From the NCBI GenBank assembly GCA_026770705.1, contig JANJGN010000034.1:15128001-15192000 (forward strand): DNA of 64,000 bases, given 5' to 3'. Under the pieces are notes generated by a model. The model was not told where the DNA came from and did no database searches. It saw nothing but the letters and a program-made list of their open reading frames with translations. This document shows positions 36,067 through 47,993 of this stretch, piece by piece. Both the position numbers and the translations under genes were made by a program. Each line of letters starts with the position of its first letter. Position 1 is the stretch's first letter. This DNA comes from Isurus oxyrinchus (taxonomy: Eukaryota).

Positions 36067-38702
36067 CTGGGGAGAGAAATATCAATATTTAACACAGGAA
36101 GATTTGTAGATCCATTGGACTCGATATCTACTCCTTCTGTCACTGGGGCATAGTGCTGCAGTGTGGACCTTCTACAGGACACACAAGGAACTCCCCAAGT
36201 TTTCACAATGGATGGAAGAGAATCCTGGAAACTGGAATGGACAAGCTCATTCCACATTGGCTCATGGTCCTAAGGACCCTGTTTAGTGAAGCCAGTCTTC
36301 CACCCAACGGTGTCTACAAGACGCACCAATTGAGATACATTTAGTGTTGATTTACAATACAGGACAATGGATTAGGAGCCCTCAGAACTCCCCCCATTAT
36401 AACTGTCATGAATCACTAAGTAGCCTAACATTCCTGTCTGCTCTTCAATACAGCTGATTGGCTAATCTGATTCAATCTAATTGGTGTACTTTGTGCCTTC
36501 GTTGTTTTAGGAATCTCTTTGGATCCTCATTCTCTAAGGAATCTCTTTGGATCCTTATTGTCTAAGGGATTATTTCTGATCCAAACCCCATATTGTTGTT
36601 TGTTGATTCCAGTGCAGCATTGTAGACTGACTTGTCCCCAAGCTCAGCACTGACCCTACTCCAGCAGACACTGTGAAACACACTAACAAAACGCCTCTAG
36701 CCTGAGCTGTGTATGTGTCGGAGATGCCGCTGTGTTAGGTTCACGACCCTCACAGGTGGTCTCACTGCATTTTGGTTAAAGCTGAACTGGAATCTGTACT
36801 AAAAGCTGATGCAAAACAACCCACTGCTCCTCTGCAATATCCATGATTTCAATAGAAGAGATAAAGAGCTAATGATAAGAAAATTAAATCATAGAATCCT
36901 ACTGCATAGAAGGAGGCCATTCGGTCTATCATGCCTGTGCTGTCACTTTGAAAAAGCTATCCAATTGCTCCCATTCCACTGCCCCTACCCCTAGCCCTTC
37001 TCACTTTTCCTTTGGAAGTATATTTCCAAGTTATAGTTGAGAGCGCGGTTAATAAAGCATTTGTGATCCTGGTCTTTATAAATAGGGGCACAAAAGCAAG
37101 CATAAAATACTAATTCGGTCTCAGCTAGGGCATTGGGCGGAATTTTCCCATCCCGTCCATGGCAGGTTTCATGGCGGACATGAGCGGAGAATCCAGTGGC
37201 AGGCACAAAGTCAAAACCCTCCTGGCATAAAAACAGTTTGCAATTCTCCCGATGGTGGGGTTAATGGTGGGCCGGTTAACCTGCCGACTAGTGGCATGAA
37301 CGCCATTTGCGCTCTTTAAAATCTCATAATGGCTGATTAAAGCAGTTGCTCGCCGGAATTTCGTCACACCTTCCAATCTTGCATCATGCCAGCGGGAAAT
37401 TACGTCGGCCTCAAACCCGTTTGAAAAAGAGTGGTGTGCTCATGTCGGATCTCAGTTTGCCCATAGCTTTGAAGTCAGAGCAAAGTCCATAGCCTACCTG
37501 CCATAGCACTGTTCTGGACTTGATGAGATGGACTCCACGCTGCTGGAGCTATAGGGTTGGTCTGCTCCTGCATTTTGCCTACGTTATCCCAAAGGACACC
37601 ACTGTGCTGTGGTACTCATGCAGGCCTCCACTTTCAGGCAGCGACCAGTACTGTGACTGGGTTTGGGAGTGCAGGGGTCTTCTACTCCCAGTGGCTGAGA
37701 CCATTGTCCACATGGACACCACTGTGCAGTGGTACCCAACTAGAATTCCACTTTCAGAAACTAGCACTTTGACCGGGGGTGGGTGTTAGGGGAGGGTGAG
37801 GATGATGATCACAAGGTGTTCAATGGGGAAGGAAGGCTGTGCAAGGGGTGTAAGGGGAAGGAAAGGGTGAAAACGAGTGGGGCAAGGGGGAGGGAAGGCG
37901 GTGGTATGGCTGTGAGGGGGAAGGGCGAACACAAGCGGTCCTTTCTGGGGTCGCCCTCTAACCTTTTGTTGCTTCAAAAGTGAACAAGAGTGTGTTTAGA
38001 GAGAAAGGAGGGAGACCTTCTCGGGATGAAAGCCACTGAAAGCCAATGGCTTCATTAGCACTGTTAAAGAGCCACTCGGAACTCAGTGGCTTCACATCAC
38101 ATTCGCTGCATCTCAAGAGTAACACTTGGGAATGCAGCCAATAGTCAAGGCGGCACAGCTGCATCATATATGGCATTCCATCAAAGAAGGCCTGTCATGT
38201 GTTCACCAGATTTGACATTCCTAACGGGTCAAAGGGTGTCCCCTCATTGACCATACGCAGCTGATTGGTCATTAATATGCCACATCAGAGTTGAAGCACA
38301 GAGCTAGGTTGGGTCACTCATCTCAATTAAACTTACCATCCCATGCAGGGCTCAAGATGTTACATATTTGTGATGCCAGCTTGGTCACCTCGATGTGTGT
38401 GCTAGTGTCTCAAGGACAAAGCGTCATCAGCCACCATGCAAATAGGGCAGGAAAAACTATGTGCCCTTACAGTTTCCATATCTTTCATCTTCTGAGATTC
38501 ACTTTCTTGCCCTTTAAATCATTAATGTCTTCAATGTTTCCTTTCAGAGGAAAGGCAAAAGCACATATGGATCCAGGGCTCAATGCTGCCTTTGTCAGGG
38601 TTTTAGTGCAATGAGAATGCGAAGGAGGGAGAGGCAACACCTCTGGAGCACAGCTCCAGTAGGAGGACCCGCCTGAGGAACATGATCAGCGGGATCTAGA
38701 GC

Positions 38703-39645
38703 ATGAACAGTGGGGGTCAGGAGAAGAGACCCAGACAACGGAGGCAAATCGCCAGACCTAGGGTTTATCATAGAAGAACCTCCTATTTACAAATGAGTGA
38801 GAGGCAGTGCCAGGCACATCTGAGCTTGTCCCGAGCTCTGGCATGTCACACACGCCACATTCATCATGAAAACCTGATGCCATGTGGAATTGAAAGGTAT
38901 CCCCTTTCAGTGGCTTTGAAGGTGACCGCAGCACTCAATTTATTTGCTTCTGGGTCTTTCCAGGGAACAACAGGGGACCTGTGTGCAGCATCTCTCAGTC
39001 CGCGACACATCAATGCATAAAGGAGGTTACAGATCCCTTTTCAGGAAGGCCCATCATTATATCAGGTTTGTTCTGGATGAGGACAGCCAGGCTGCGAGAT
39101 TCACTGCCATCGCTGCCACCTCAGGCTTCCCAAAAGTGCAGGGTGCAATCTACTGCACCCATGTGGCTATACGGGCTCCATGGCAGCAAGCCCTAATGTT
39201 TATAAACCACAAGGGCTATCATTCCATCAATGGACAACTAATGTGTGATCACCAGAAGCACATACTGAACATTTGTGCTTGGCACCCCAGGAGTTGCCAT
39301 GACTCCTACATCCTGAGCCACCCCCAGGTGCCAGAGATTTTCGAGAGGCCTGTACGTCTGCAGGGATGTCTGCCTGGGGATAAGGGGTACCTTACTCCCG
39401 ACAGGGTTTACCGCATTATCGCAGTGTGTCGCACCCTTCACAATCTGGCACTGCAAAGAGGTGAGCCCCAGCCAGAAGATGAACTAGAGGCTGATGAGAG
39501 CTCTTTGGAGGAGGAAAATCCAGATGTCCAGGAACCTCGGGAAGCTGCTGAGGGTCAGCATGAGCGCGATCACGTCATGGAGGAAGGAAGATGTGGGAGA
39601 CATGCTGATGATACTTTAATCGCTGACAGGTTCCAGGAAGAGTAA
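38703..39645 (+). pseudogene. Harbinger DDE transposase (HARBI1-like), frameshifted and internally deleted
   Basis: KVTAALNLFASGSFQ, GFPKVQGAIYCTHVAI, FINHKGYHSIN.Q.MCD, PRSCHDSYIL, GDKGY, TLHNLA. Confidence 0.88.
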
Positions 39646-39899
39646 AGTTAAGTGAGGGCATTTGGCCGCATCTTTCCTAGCCCTCAGTGCCATTCCCTTT
39701 CATCTTAGAGGATGTCCAACCATCGCAGCGAGAACGAGTCCTGCATTCACACTTGCGTGCTCTGGTCTCATGATTCGCCAGACCATGATCTCTGCTTTGG
39801 TCCGTGGTGCCCCGTGAACGTGCTCACTCTGGGAACTTATAGTTCACTGAGGAACAAGAGTGATGCAAGAGAAGACTTGAAGCTTTCGCCACTATCTAA

Positions 39900-40770
39900 T
39901 GATGCAAACACTGCGGCTCCTAAGATACTGAAGCACTCTGTGTCCAAATGCAACAAGACATGGACAATATCCAGGCTTGGGCTGACAAGTGGCAAGTAAC
40001 ATTCACACCACACAAGTGCTGAGCAATGACCATCTCCAACAAGAGAGAATCCAACCATCGCCCCTTGACACTCAATACATCACCATCACTGAATCCCCCA
40101 CTATCAACATCCTGGGGGCTACCATTGACCAGAAACTGAACTGGACTAGCCATATAAATACTGTGGCTACAAGATCAGGTCAGGAGCTGGGAATCCTGTG
40201 ATGAATAACTCACCTCCTGACCGCCCCAAAGCCTACCCACCATCTACAAGTCAGAAGTGTGATGGAATACTCTCCACTTGCCTGGATGAGTGCAGCTCCA
40301 ACAACACTGAAGAAGCTTGACACCATCCAGGACAAAGTAGCCCACTTGATTGACACCACATCCATAAACATTCACTCCCTCCACCACCGACACACAGTAG
40401 CAGCAGTGTGTACCATCTACAAGATGCACTGCAGGAATCCACCAAGGCTCCTTCGACAGCATCTTCCAAACCCACGACCACTGCCATCTATAAGGACAAG
40501 GGCAGCAGACACATGGGAACACCCCAAGCTGGAAATTTCCCTCCAAGTCACTCACCATCCTGACTTGGAAATATATCACCATTCCTTCACTGTCACTGGG
40601 TCAAAATCCTGGAACTCCCTCCCTAACAGCGCTTTGGGTGTACCTACACCACAGGGACTGCAGCGGCTCAAGAAGGCAGCTCACTGCCATCTTCACAAGG
40701 GCAACTAGGGATGGGTAATAAATGCTGACCCAGCCAGCAAAGCCCACATCCCGTGAATGAAGGCAAAAAA
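39900..40770 (+). mobile_element. LINE 3' fragment nested in the Harbinger (same family as 352-1411)
   Basis: MEYSPLAWMSAAPTTLKKLDTIQ...KAAHCHLHKGN and tail. Confidence 0.85.
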
Positions 40771-41699
40771 GACATTCACAGCAGAGGTGGAGGCAGCCTG
40801 CTGACTGCCACGTCCTGATGTCTGTGATTAACTTGGCGGACATCCTCTGGTGGCCCGGCCTGATAAGGGCTTCTTGCTCGGGCAGAAGCACTCTGGGTGG
40901 CCTGAGTAACTGGAGTGGGTGGCAACACAAGCAGGGGGACTATGAGTGGCTGCACACCTTGGAGTGTCCTGAGAGGAGGCACCCGGGGTGTCCGGATGAT
41001 GCCCTGCCCTGACTGCTGCAGGAGATGGTGCGTCTGGAGGGAGGTCAAAGTGACTCGTCCTCAAGTTGCCAGCATGATGCCCACCACATTGTGTGGCCAT
41101 TGGAGTGCAGGGCCGAGCACAAATCCGGCAAGACCTGCTTGACCAAGGTCTCCATGATGGTTACCAACCTTCCCATGTTGACCTCGAGGCACTCGCATGT
41201 TGGAGCCACGACATCACACAGAACTTGGACTCCTCCATCGTTTGCTCTAGTCTACTGGGTGACTGTTGAATCCCTGCCTGATGTTCTGTTGCATCTCCAG
41301 CATTGAATTGGCAGCCGCTTCCAGAGGCTCATCATCAGACTCGGACTAAGCGGGTGGCTGGTCTCCAGCAGCCCTCCGAGTGCCAGATGCCTGGGCTGCC
41401 CCTGCCTCTGACTGCTCTGTTCTCCTAGAAGTGAGCTTGAGCCTAATCTAGAGCTGTGGACCACTGATGTATGTGTCTCTTTACTGGTGGAGGGTACAGG
41501 TGACAGTTCTTCCAGAGCTTCATCTTCGGATGTGGTCTGGGGGCACGTACTGGTGCTTGACTGCCTTGTGGACCTCGATCTGTTGGTGCCCAGAAAATAG
41601 AAAACAGAGTTTCAGTTGACGATGAGCATAAACTGTATAAGACTGCATGTTGCTCACTGTGATTGTCAGGATTTGATGAAGTGTTGGAGCTGTGATGCA

Positions 41700-42370
41700 T
41701 ACTAGGTTGCTTGGAGAGGCCGAACCTCCCTTCCCTACAGGAGCGACCCCTGTCCTCCCAAGCCAGTTCTGCTGCAACCTCCTTGAAGTCGGTGAGGGAA
41801 ATGATGTCGGCTGTCCCTTCACCAGACTGTGATCTTTTGTACCTGTTGTGTGCCAGCTTGCCCTGTGTGAAGAAGAAAGAAAGGCATGTGATGAGAAGGG
41901 ACGGAGTAGAGGTTGGGTAAGATGTGTGTGGTGAGCAGAAGGGCCAGAGGGTCAAGTGGGAGCAACATGATAGATGGGATGGTGGTGATGTGAAAATCTT
42001 GGTGAGAGAATGGCTGTTGATATGTGTCCTCCGCTAATGGTTATGTGAGATCTCTGAAGACCGTAGCTGTTTGAGTGCATGATGCCCTGATGAGAGTTTG
42101 ATAGAGGAGGGAGTTGAAGAATGACTCATCCTGGCGGAGTGGATGAGATCATTCATCCTGTTCCTGCACTGGATGGCGTTTCGGGCGCAGTTGCCAGCTG
42201 TACTGACCTGCTCTGCAACGGCCTCCCAGGCCTGAGACATGAGGCTTCTGTGCTTCCTGGAGCCATCCCTGGGATACAGGGAGTGCACCCACACTCCTCT
42301 GATCAAGGCCCGGAGGGCCAGGTGAGTGAAGCAGGGTGCTGCCTGGGCTTCTTCTTGTGGCTGGAAGACA
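41700..42370 (-). pseudogene. Harbinger Myb/SANT-like DNA-binding protein, spliced, decayed
   Basis: LYPRDG..QAWEAVAEQVS..RNAIQCRNRMNDL, then a second exon GKLAHNR..RSQSGEG..LTDFKE. Confidence 0.75.
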
Positions 42371-42655
42371 TCTCTGCATGTATCCTGAAGACAGGTGGGC
42401 TGGACAGAGTGAGTTGCATGAGTTGGATTGGCGTTTAAATATGGCTCCTAGATCTTAGACCCTGGCCAGCTGATGGCGAATGGATGAATCAGCTCTTGAC
42501 CCACCAGGTGAATCAGTCCAATACTCACCTGTACATAATGAATGACCCTCCAAGCAATGAATCAAGTGTACTTTCCCGCCATTCCAGCCAGCATGGTGGG
42601 CGCTGCTGAAACCAGCAGCCACATCTCTTAGTCTCATAAATAGAAATTTCCGGTC

Positions 42656-43425
42656 ATTGCATCCAGCTCTGGGCACCACACTTGAAGAAGGCATGAAGCC
42701 ATTAGAGAGGGTGCAGAAAAGATTCATGAGAATGGTTCCAGTCATGAAGAACTTGGAGAACAGAAGGTTGAGGGGAGATTTGAGAGAGGTGCGCAGAATC
42801 ATGAGGAGTCTGGACGGAGTAGGTAAGGAGTAGCTTCCCATTGGTAGAAGGATTGAGAACCAAAGGGACTGTGATTTAAGACAATTAGCAATAGAAGCAA
42901 CGGCGACGAGAGGCTTTTTCACGCAGCGAGTGGTTAGGCCCTGGGAGTGTGCAGGGTGCGGATTCAGTTGTTGCTTTCAAAAGGGAATTGGATCATTATC
43001 TGAAGAGGAGAACTGTGCAGGACTACAGGGGAAAGTTGGGGGTGTGGCACCAAGTTAGTTGCTTTTTCAGAGAGACACACAGAGACAAAGAGCTGATTGG
43101 TCCCTTGATGTAACCATTTCATGATTCATTTGCATGAAAATAATTCTCCACATGGCTATGAGTGTCACCATCACTGAGCAGGCAGGCTAAGTTTCATTGT
43201 ACACAGCGAGTTGTTGTGATCTGGAAGGCGCTGCCTGAAAGGGAGGTGGAAGCAGATTCAATAGGAACTTTCAAAAGGAACTTAGATAAATACTTGCAAA
43301 GAAAAGAGTTCGTAAGTCTATGGGGGAAGGAACAGCAGGGAGTGTGGGACAAATGGCACTCTCAAGGAGCTGTCCCGGGCATGATGGGCCGTATGACCTC
43401 CTTCTGCCCTGCATCATTCTGATTC
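42656..43425 (+). mobile_element. CR1 3' fragments
   Basis: LERVQKRF, FTQRVV..W..LP motifs. Confidence 0.7.
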
Positions 43426-44019
43426 TATACATCTATATCATTCTGTATACTCAGTGATCACTAAGTGCTCCAGTGGGTCGGTCTCTCATCTCAGAGTCAG
43501 AGGCTTCTGGGTTCAAGTCACCTCTTTCAACAGGGGAAATCTGTAAAATTCTTGCAAGTAGGAGTATGGGACCAATTGGAAAGGATGGCCAAATATGATG
43601 GGCCAAATGGTCTCCTTCTCCAGCCTATCACTCTGTGATTATCTGAATTTTAAATGCACAGCAAGTGAGAGACAAACACTCAGTTCTATAAATTTGACAC
43701 CTTCATACACTTGCTAGTAAACCTTATCTTTACGATCTTTCAGTTCTTTCACCTTACCTTGGTTGTGAAGATGGCGAGATTGGGCCGGAAGTCCGTAGGC
43801 TGACTCATTGCCTATTCTCAGCATTGCTGCGGTGTGTTCTTGGCGGCTTCTTACTGAACTTCACTCTGCACTCCTCCAATTCTAACCATTTGTTCATCCA
43901 AGGGTTAGGGAAGACACTTCAGAGCTTAGGGCTCCAGGCAACTCGAGGCACAGCCGCCAGTGGTGGCGCGATGAAAATCAGGCGATGCTCAAGAGGCCTG
44001 AATTGGAGAAACGCAGGGA

Positions 44020-44390
44020 TTTCAGAGAGTTACAGGGACTGGAGGAGGTTACACAGATAGGGAAGGATTTTGGGGCTGGAGATTAGAGATAAGGAGGATT
44101 ATAGGAGTTGGAGGAAGTTATAGAGATAGGGAGGGGCAAAGTGCCTGGGGGAGGTTACAGAGATAGGGAGGGTTGTAGGGGCTGAAGGAGATTAAAGAGA
44201 TAAGGAGGATTGTAGGGGCTGGAGACGTTACAGAGATTGGAAGGGTTGTAGAGCCTGAAGGAGGTTACAGAGATAGGGAGGGTGGTAGGACTGGAGGAGG
44301 TTGCAGAGATAGGCAGTGTGGTAGGACTGGAGGAGGTTACAGAGATAGGGAGGATTGTAGGGACTGGAGGAGGTTGCAGAGATAGGGTGA
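44020..44390. repeat. ~34-bp tandem repeat
   Basis: Paralog of 14030-14290. Confidence 0.85.
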
Positions 44391-44603
44391 GGTTTTAACA
44401 CGAGGGACTGAATTTTATGTTTGAGATGTTGCCAGACCAGGAGCCAGTGTCACAGGAGTGATGGGTGAATGGGACATGGTGTGACTGGGACTTGGTCATT
44501 GCTGAATCGGTTCCCAATCAGAGCTCAATAAGAATGATTACAAAGAATTGAATTTTACAAAGACTATTAACCATAAACCTGTCCGAGCTGATGATGATAT
44601 TAC

Positions 44604-44643
44604 CTTGGAGAACTGACAGGAGGAAGTAAGATTTCCCGATCAT
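44604..44643 (-). CDS. Unit C leader exon ([13 protein letters not shown])
   Basis: 40 nt, paralogous to the A and B leaders. Confidence 0.75.
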
Positions 44644-44789
44644 TGTCCACTCCCAGATATTTCATCAGCTTCCCACTCTCAAGCTGTGAAAGAGAAAGGA
44701 GTTAATGAGACCTCACCTCTTGTCCCACAACTCTTAAGAGATCAGAACTGCTTTCAGACAATGTCTTCACAGCACTTCGTTAACCCTCA

Positions 44790-44980
44790 ATACTGGTAGT
44801 GCAGTATTCCCTCAGTACTGATCTTCCAACAGTGCAGCACTCCCTCAGTACTAACCCCCCTGACAGTGTGACACTCCCCCAGTACTGAAACTGACAGTGC
44901 AGTTTTACTTCAGTTCTGCTCCTCCGACAGTGCAGTGCTGCCTGAAAACTGACGCTCCAACAGCGCAGTGCTTCCTCAGT
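44790..44980. repeat. Degenerate 33-bp minisatellite
   Basis: Diverged units upstream of leader C. Confidence 0.75.
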
Positions 44981-45208
44981 AAAGGTGCTGGGATTATGAG
45001 GCTGGAATATCAGCTCAAGTTCATATCTCTGTGCTTCCTTCGTCCCTTGAGCTAGAAAGATGTGTTGCACAAGAGACTTGCGTCTCACACCCAGATCTCA
45101 ATAATCTTTTAAAGGCAACAATCATTGGAATCTGTATTTATAAAGTCACAACATCAACAAAGGACGGTGTTGGTCATGGAGGTGAATTCCAATTGTTCTG
45201 TTACTTAC

Positions 45209-45293
45209 TCAGGACCTGTCCAACTGCTCGCCTGGGGAGGAACTGCCCACACGCTCTGCTTGGGCTGAATGACCTCTTCCTGTGCTGCTTCCT
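45209..45293 (-). other. Paralog of cytoplasmic exon 1 between the end of gene B and the unit C leader; last codon is TGA
   Basis: 85 nt, aligns with 49067-49151 and 15569-15653, splice sites intact. Confidence 0.7.
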
Positions 45294-46914
45294 CTGTGTA
45301 TTTAATTAGAAAGGGTTGATGTGTCACTGTGAGTCCAAATGTAAGGTGATTGGTGTGAAAGCAACTCTTTGCCTTGCACTGTAAGCAAACTATTGCTCAA
45401 TGTGCCTCTCCTCCTGTTGCTGTGTAACAGGCTTCAGAAACTGAACAACCTGTTCCTGTGCAACAGAGTCAAGGAGCTGAATGGCCTCCTGTTTTTTTTT
45501 ATTCGTTCATGAGATGGGGGCATCACTGGCCAGGCCAGCATTTATTGCCCATCCCTATTTACGCTTGAGAGGAAAATGGCTTGCTAGACCATTTAAGAGT
45601 CAACCACATTAGGTCTGGAGTCAGGTGTAGGCCACATAGCAGATTTCCTTACCTAAAGGGCATTCATGAACAATGTGGATTTTTATGACAATCAGACTTT
45701 CAATTTTCAGATGTTTTATTGAATTCAAATTCCACAATCTGCGACAGTGGGATTCGAACCTGGATTTCCGGAGCATTGTCCATCACTCTGAATTACTAGT
45801 CCAGCGGCAACACCGCTACACCAACATCTCCTGTTCCACTGTAACAGTCTCAAGAGGGCTGAATGGCCTCCTCCTGTTCCTATTCAATGGGCAGTCAAGG
45901 ATGCATTTGACGCTTGAGGGGAACACCCTCAAACCCGATGCTGTCCTCACATGATTAACAGAGGCAGTGACCAGTTACAGATTAATGCAGGAGAATTATT
46001 TATTTTTCCAATCTTTGATCCAAGTGCCTGGTTGGGATCTTTCATCAAACATCAAAGTGGAACCAAGATCTAGGGCATTGGTCTCTGTATTCTGTAACAC
46101 ACCACACAGTTCATCCACCCACTCAGCCATCAGGACAGATGCTAAATGTACTTTCAAAGACTGAAAGACTAAAATGGTTGTTTATTGCAGCTTTAGCTCA
46201 TTCTGTAATGAAAGCTTTCTCATCCATCCATGATGTATTGAAAAACGAACAACTGCAACCAATATTTCACATCATAATTCCCTCTGTTCATAATTAGATT
46301 GGCAATATCAATGTAAAAAAGTCACGTTGTAATGATGTCCTCCCACCAGTAGTGGTATTGTAGTCTCTTGTTTCACGCCTGCCAGTTCCTCAGTCTGTTC
46401 AGTAGCGAATCTCCAAATTCTACAACCAATTTTTTCCCCCTGCTTTTCAGGTTGCTGTTAGTTGAGCTACTTAATTATGAATTAATATAAACTATAAATA
46501 TTACATGAAAATAAACTTGACCAGAAAATGTGGAGTAAATTATACCAACATGTCCTGGTCCAAATATGCACTGATCCTGTGTTCTCTGAAGTCTACACTT
46601 TGTAAAGATTATTGTGTAAGCATTCAAAAATAAGGTGAGCAATGGGATGAAAATTGATTCAGATGCTCAGACGCGGATTGAATTTGTCCATTCTGTCCTG
46701 TTGGAACATCTAGCAATGTCTAAAGACATTTACAATCACAACAGAGTGAAGAGTAGCTGCAACAGTAAGGGCCAATCCTGAAAGAGGATGTATAAAATTA
46801 AGCCCAGAGAGAATGTTCACTGTTAAATTATCACGCGACCTTGCAAGATAACATCAGTTTGAAAAATTTCCATCAGATTATATCAGACAGTTGTTTCTTA
46901 GTACAGAACTTGAA

Positions 46915-47440
46915 TATTGCTGAAAAGAGAGATATGTTGCCGAAGGTTTTCATCTTGCACTCATCAGGACAAATGCAAGAATGCCAAATTTCAAATAACC
47001 ACGACAATTTATATAACAGTAGAAAAGGGTGCTGATTGACAAGTCGACTCTGATTGGCCGAGGCATTGCCATGGAGAATGCAACGGAGAACCATCACTCC
47101 CCAAGCTCCCAGATAAGTTAACATAATCCTTTTGTTTGCAGAGAACAGTCCCTGCGTATAAATGTATTGATGCTTCAAGCAAGTATAAATGAGCCATGTT
47201 ATGAGCTCGACTGATTATCTTAAATTGTTTGTTAGTGTAGCTATTAGTGCACTCAAGATTGTTCAGCAAGTGCTGCCCTGTTGTGGAAGCACATCTCACA
47301 GTGGACATTTTGGGTTTTACAAATGCAGACTGGCTGAGTACAGTTTGTATTCTGCCTATTCCGAACAGTGCTGTTTGATTCCATCAGCCAATTGCAGGGA
47401 CATATTGTCTATGTATCTGGCATCATACCAGCGCTGAAAG
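46915..47440 (-). mobile_element. Penelope-like element (family 2) 3' remnant
   Basis: ORF 47009..47308 GQHLLNN.EC...FKIISRA...HL.LLEA.I....VLCKQK. Confidence 0.7.
46937..46972 (-). ncRNA. Minimal hammerhead ribozyme-like motif with canonical core
   Basis: uuguc-CUGAUGA-gugcaagau-GAAA-accuUC-ggcaa; stem I pairs, stems II and III are weak. Confidence 0.55.
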
Positions 47441-47876
47441 ATTATATGAAGAGGTTTCAAACTATTTTTGGGGGTTGTTGTCCTGTGGATTTTACGAGGT
47501 GCTGGAATCGCTCAATGGTTAGCTTCTGAAGCCACAAGGCCCCCAGCTTGTCTCCGATCAAATCCACCTACTTCTGGACTTGCTGACTATGAAAGAACCC
47601 AGCCACTGGTGTAGGCAAGCCAGCATGTATCGGTGGTGATCTGCAGCGCAAACAATCGGGGAGATTAGTGGGAAAAAAGGGCATACAGCTGTAAAGCCAA
47701 CCGCCAAATCCAAAAAAATGTGGGAAGTGATCAACCAGCATTGTGGCAAGGCCATGGAACATGGGAAAAGTTGAAAGAGAGGAACTCCTGTGGTTTTAAA
47801 TGAGGTATGTTGGAGTCTCGAATGATTCTCTTGTTCTGTATTCTCCTCAAGTGTGTGTGTCTCATTCTTGCTGAGT

Positions 47877-47993
47877 TTATACATTCCCATACACAGACTC
47901 CTTCTCAAACTCGCAGGTTTCGTAAAGATCATCATCTGTATCAGGATTGATTCCACGGTTAGATTTCATTTCCAAATCCTTCTCATCTTTCTT
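47877..47993 (-). CDS. Gene B terminal cytoplasmic exon ([38 protein letters not shown])
   Basis: 117 nt, same acceptor and TAA position as in gene A. Confidence 0.82.
   Translation of the reverse strand, partial: KKDEKDLEMKSNRGINPDTDDDLYETCEFEKESVYGNV

Larger units (their letters stand above)
37135..42655 (+). mobile_element. PIF/Harbinger DNA transposon, full-length but decayed
   Basis: Termini GGGCGGAATTTTC / GAAATTTCCGGTC (10/13 match), ATT target duplication (37132-37134, 42656-42658), flanks rejoin into a CR1 frame (QLGHCIQLWAPH); convergent nuclease and Myb-like genes. Confidence 0.88.
35704..44643 (-). pseudogene. Siglec-like unit C: leader (44604..44643) + V exon (35704..36066) only; truncated gene or orphan L-V cassette
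   Basis: Both exons are open with intact splice sites; no C2, TM or terminal exon homolog was found between 35.7 kb and gene A. Confidence 0.7.

Noticed and set aside
38703-39645. Domesticated host gene HARBI1
   Set aside because: Frameshifted, a catalytic Asp is altered (GAIYCTH), and it lies inside TIRs and a TSD with a Myb partner, so it is a transposon copy.
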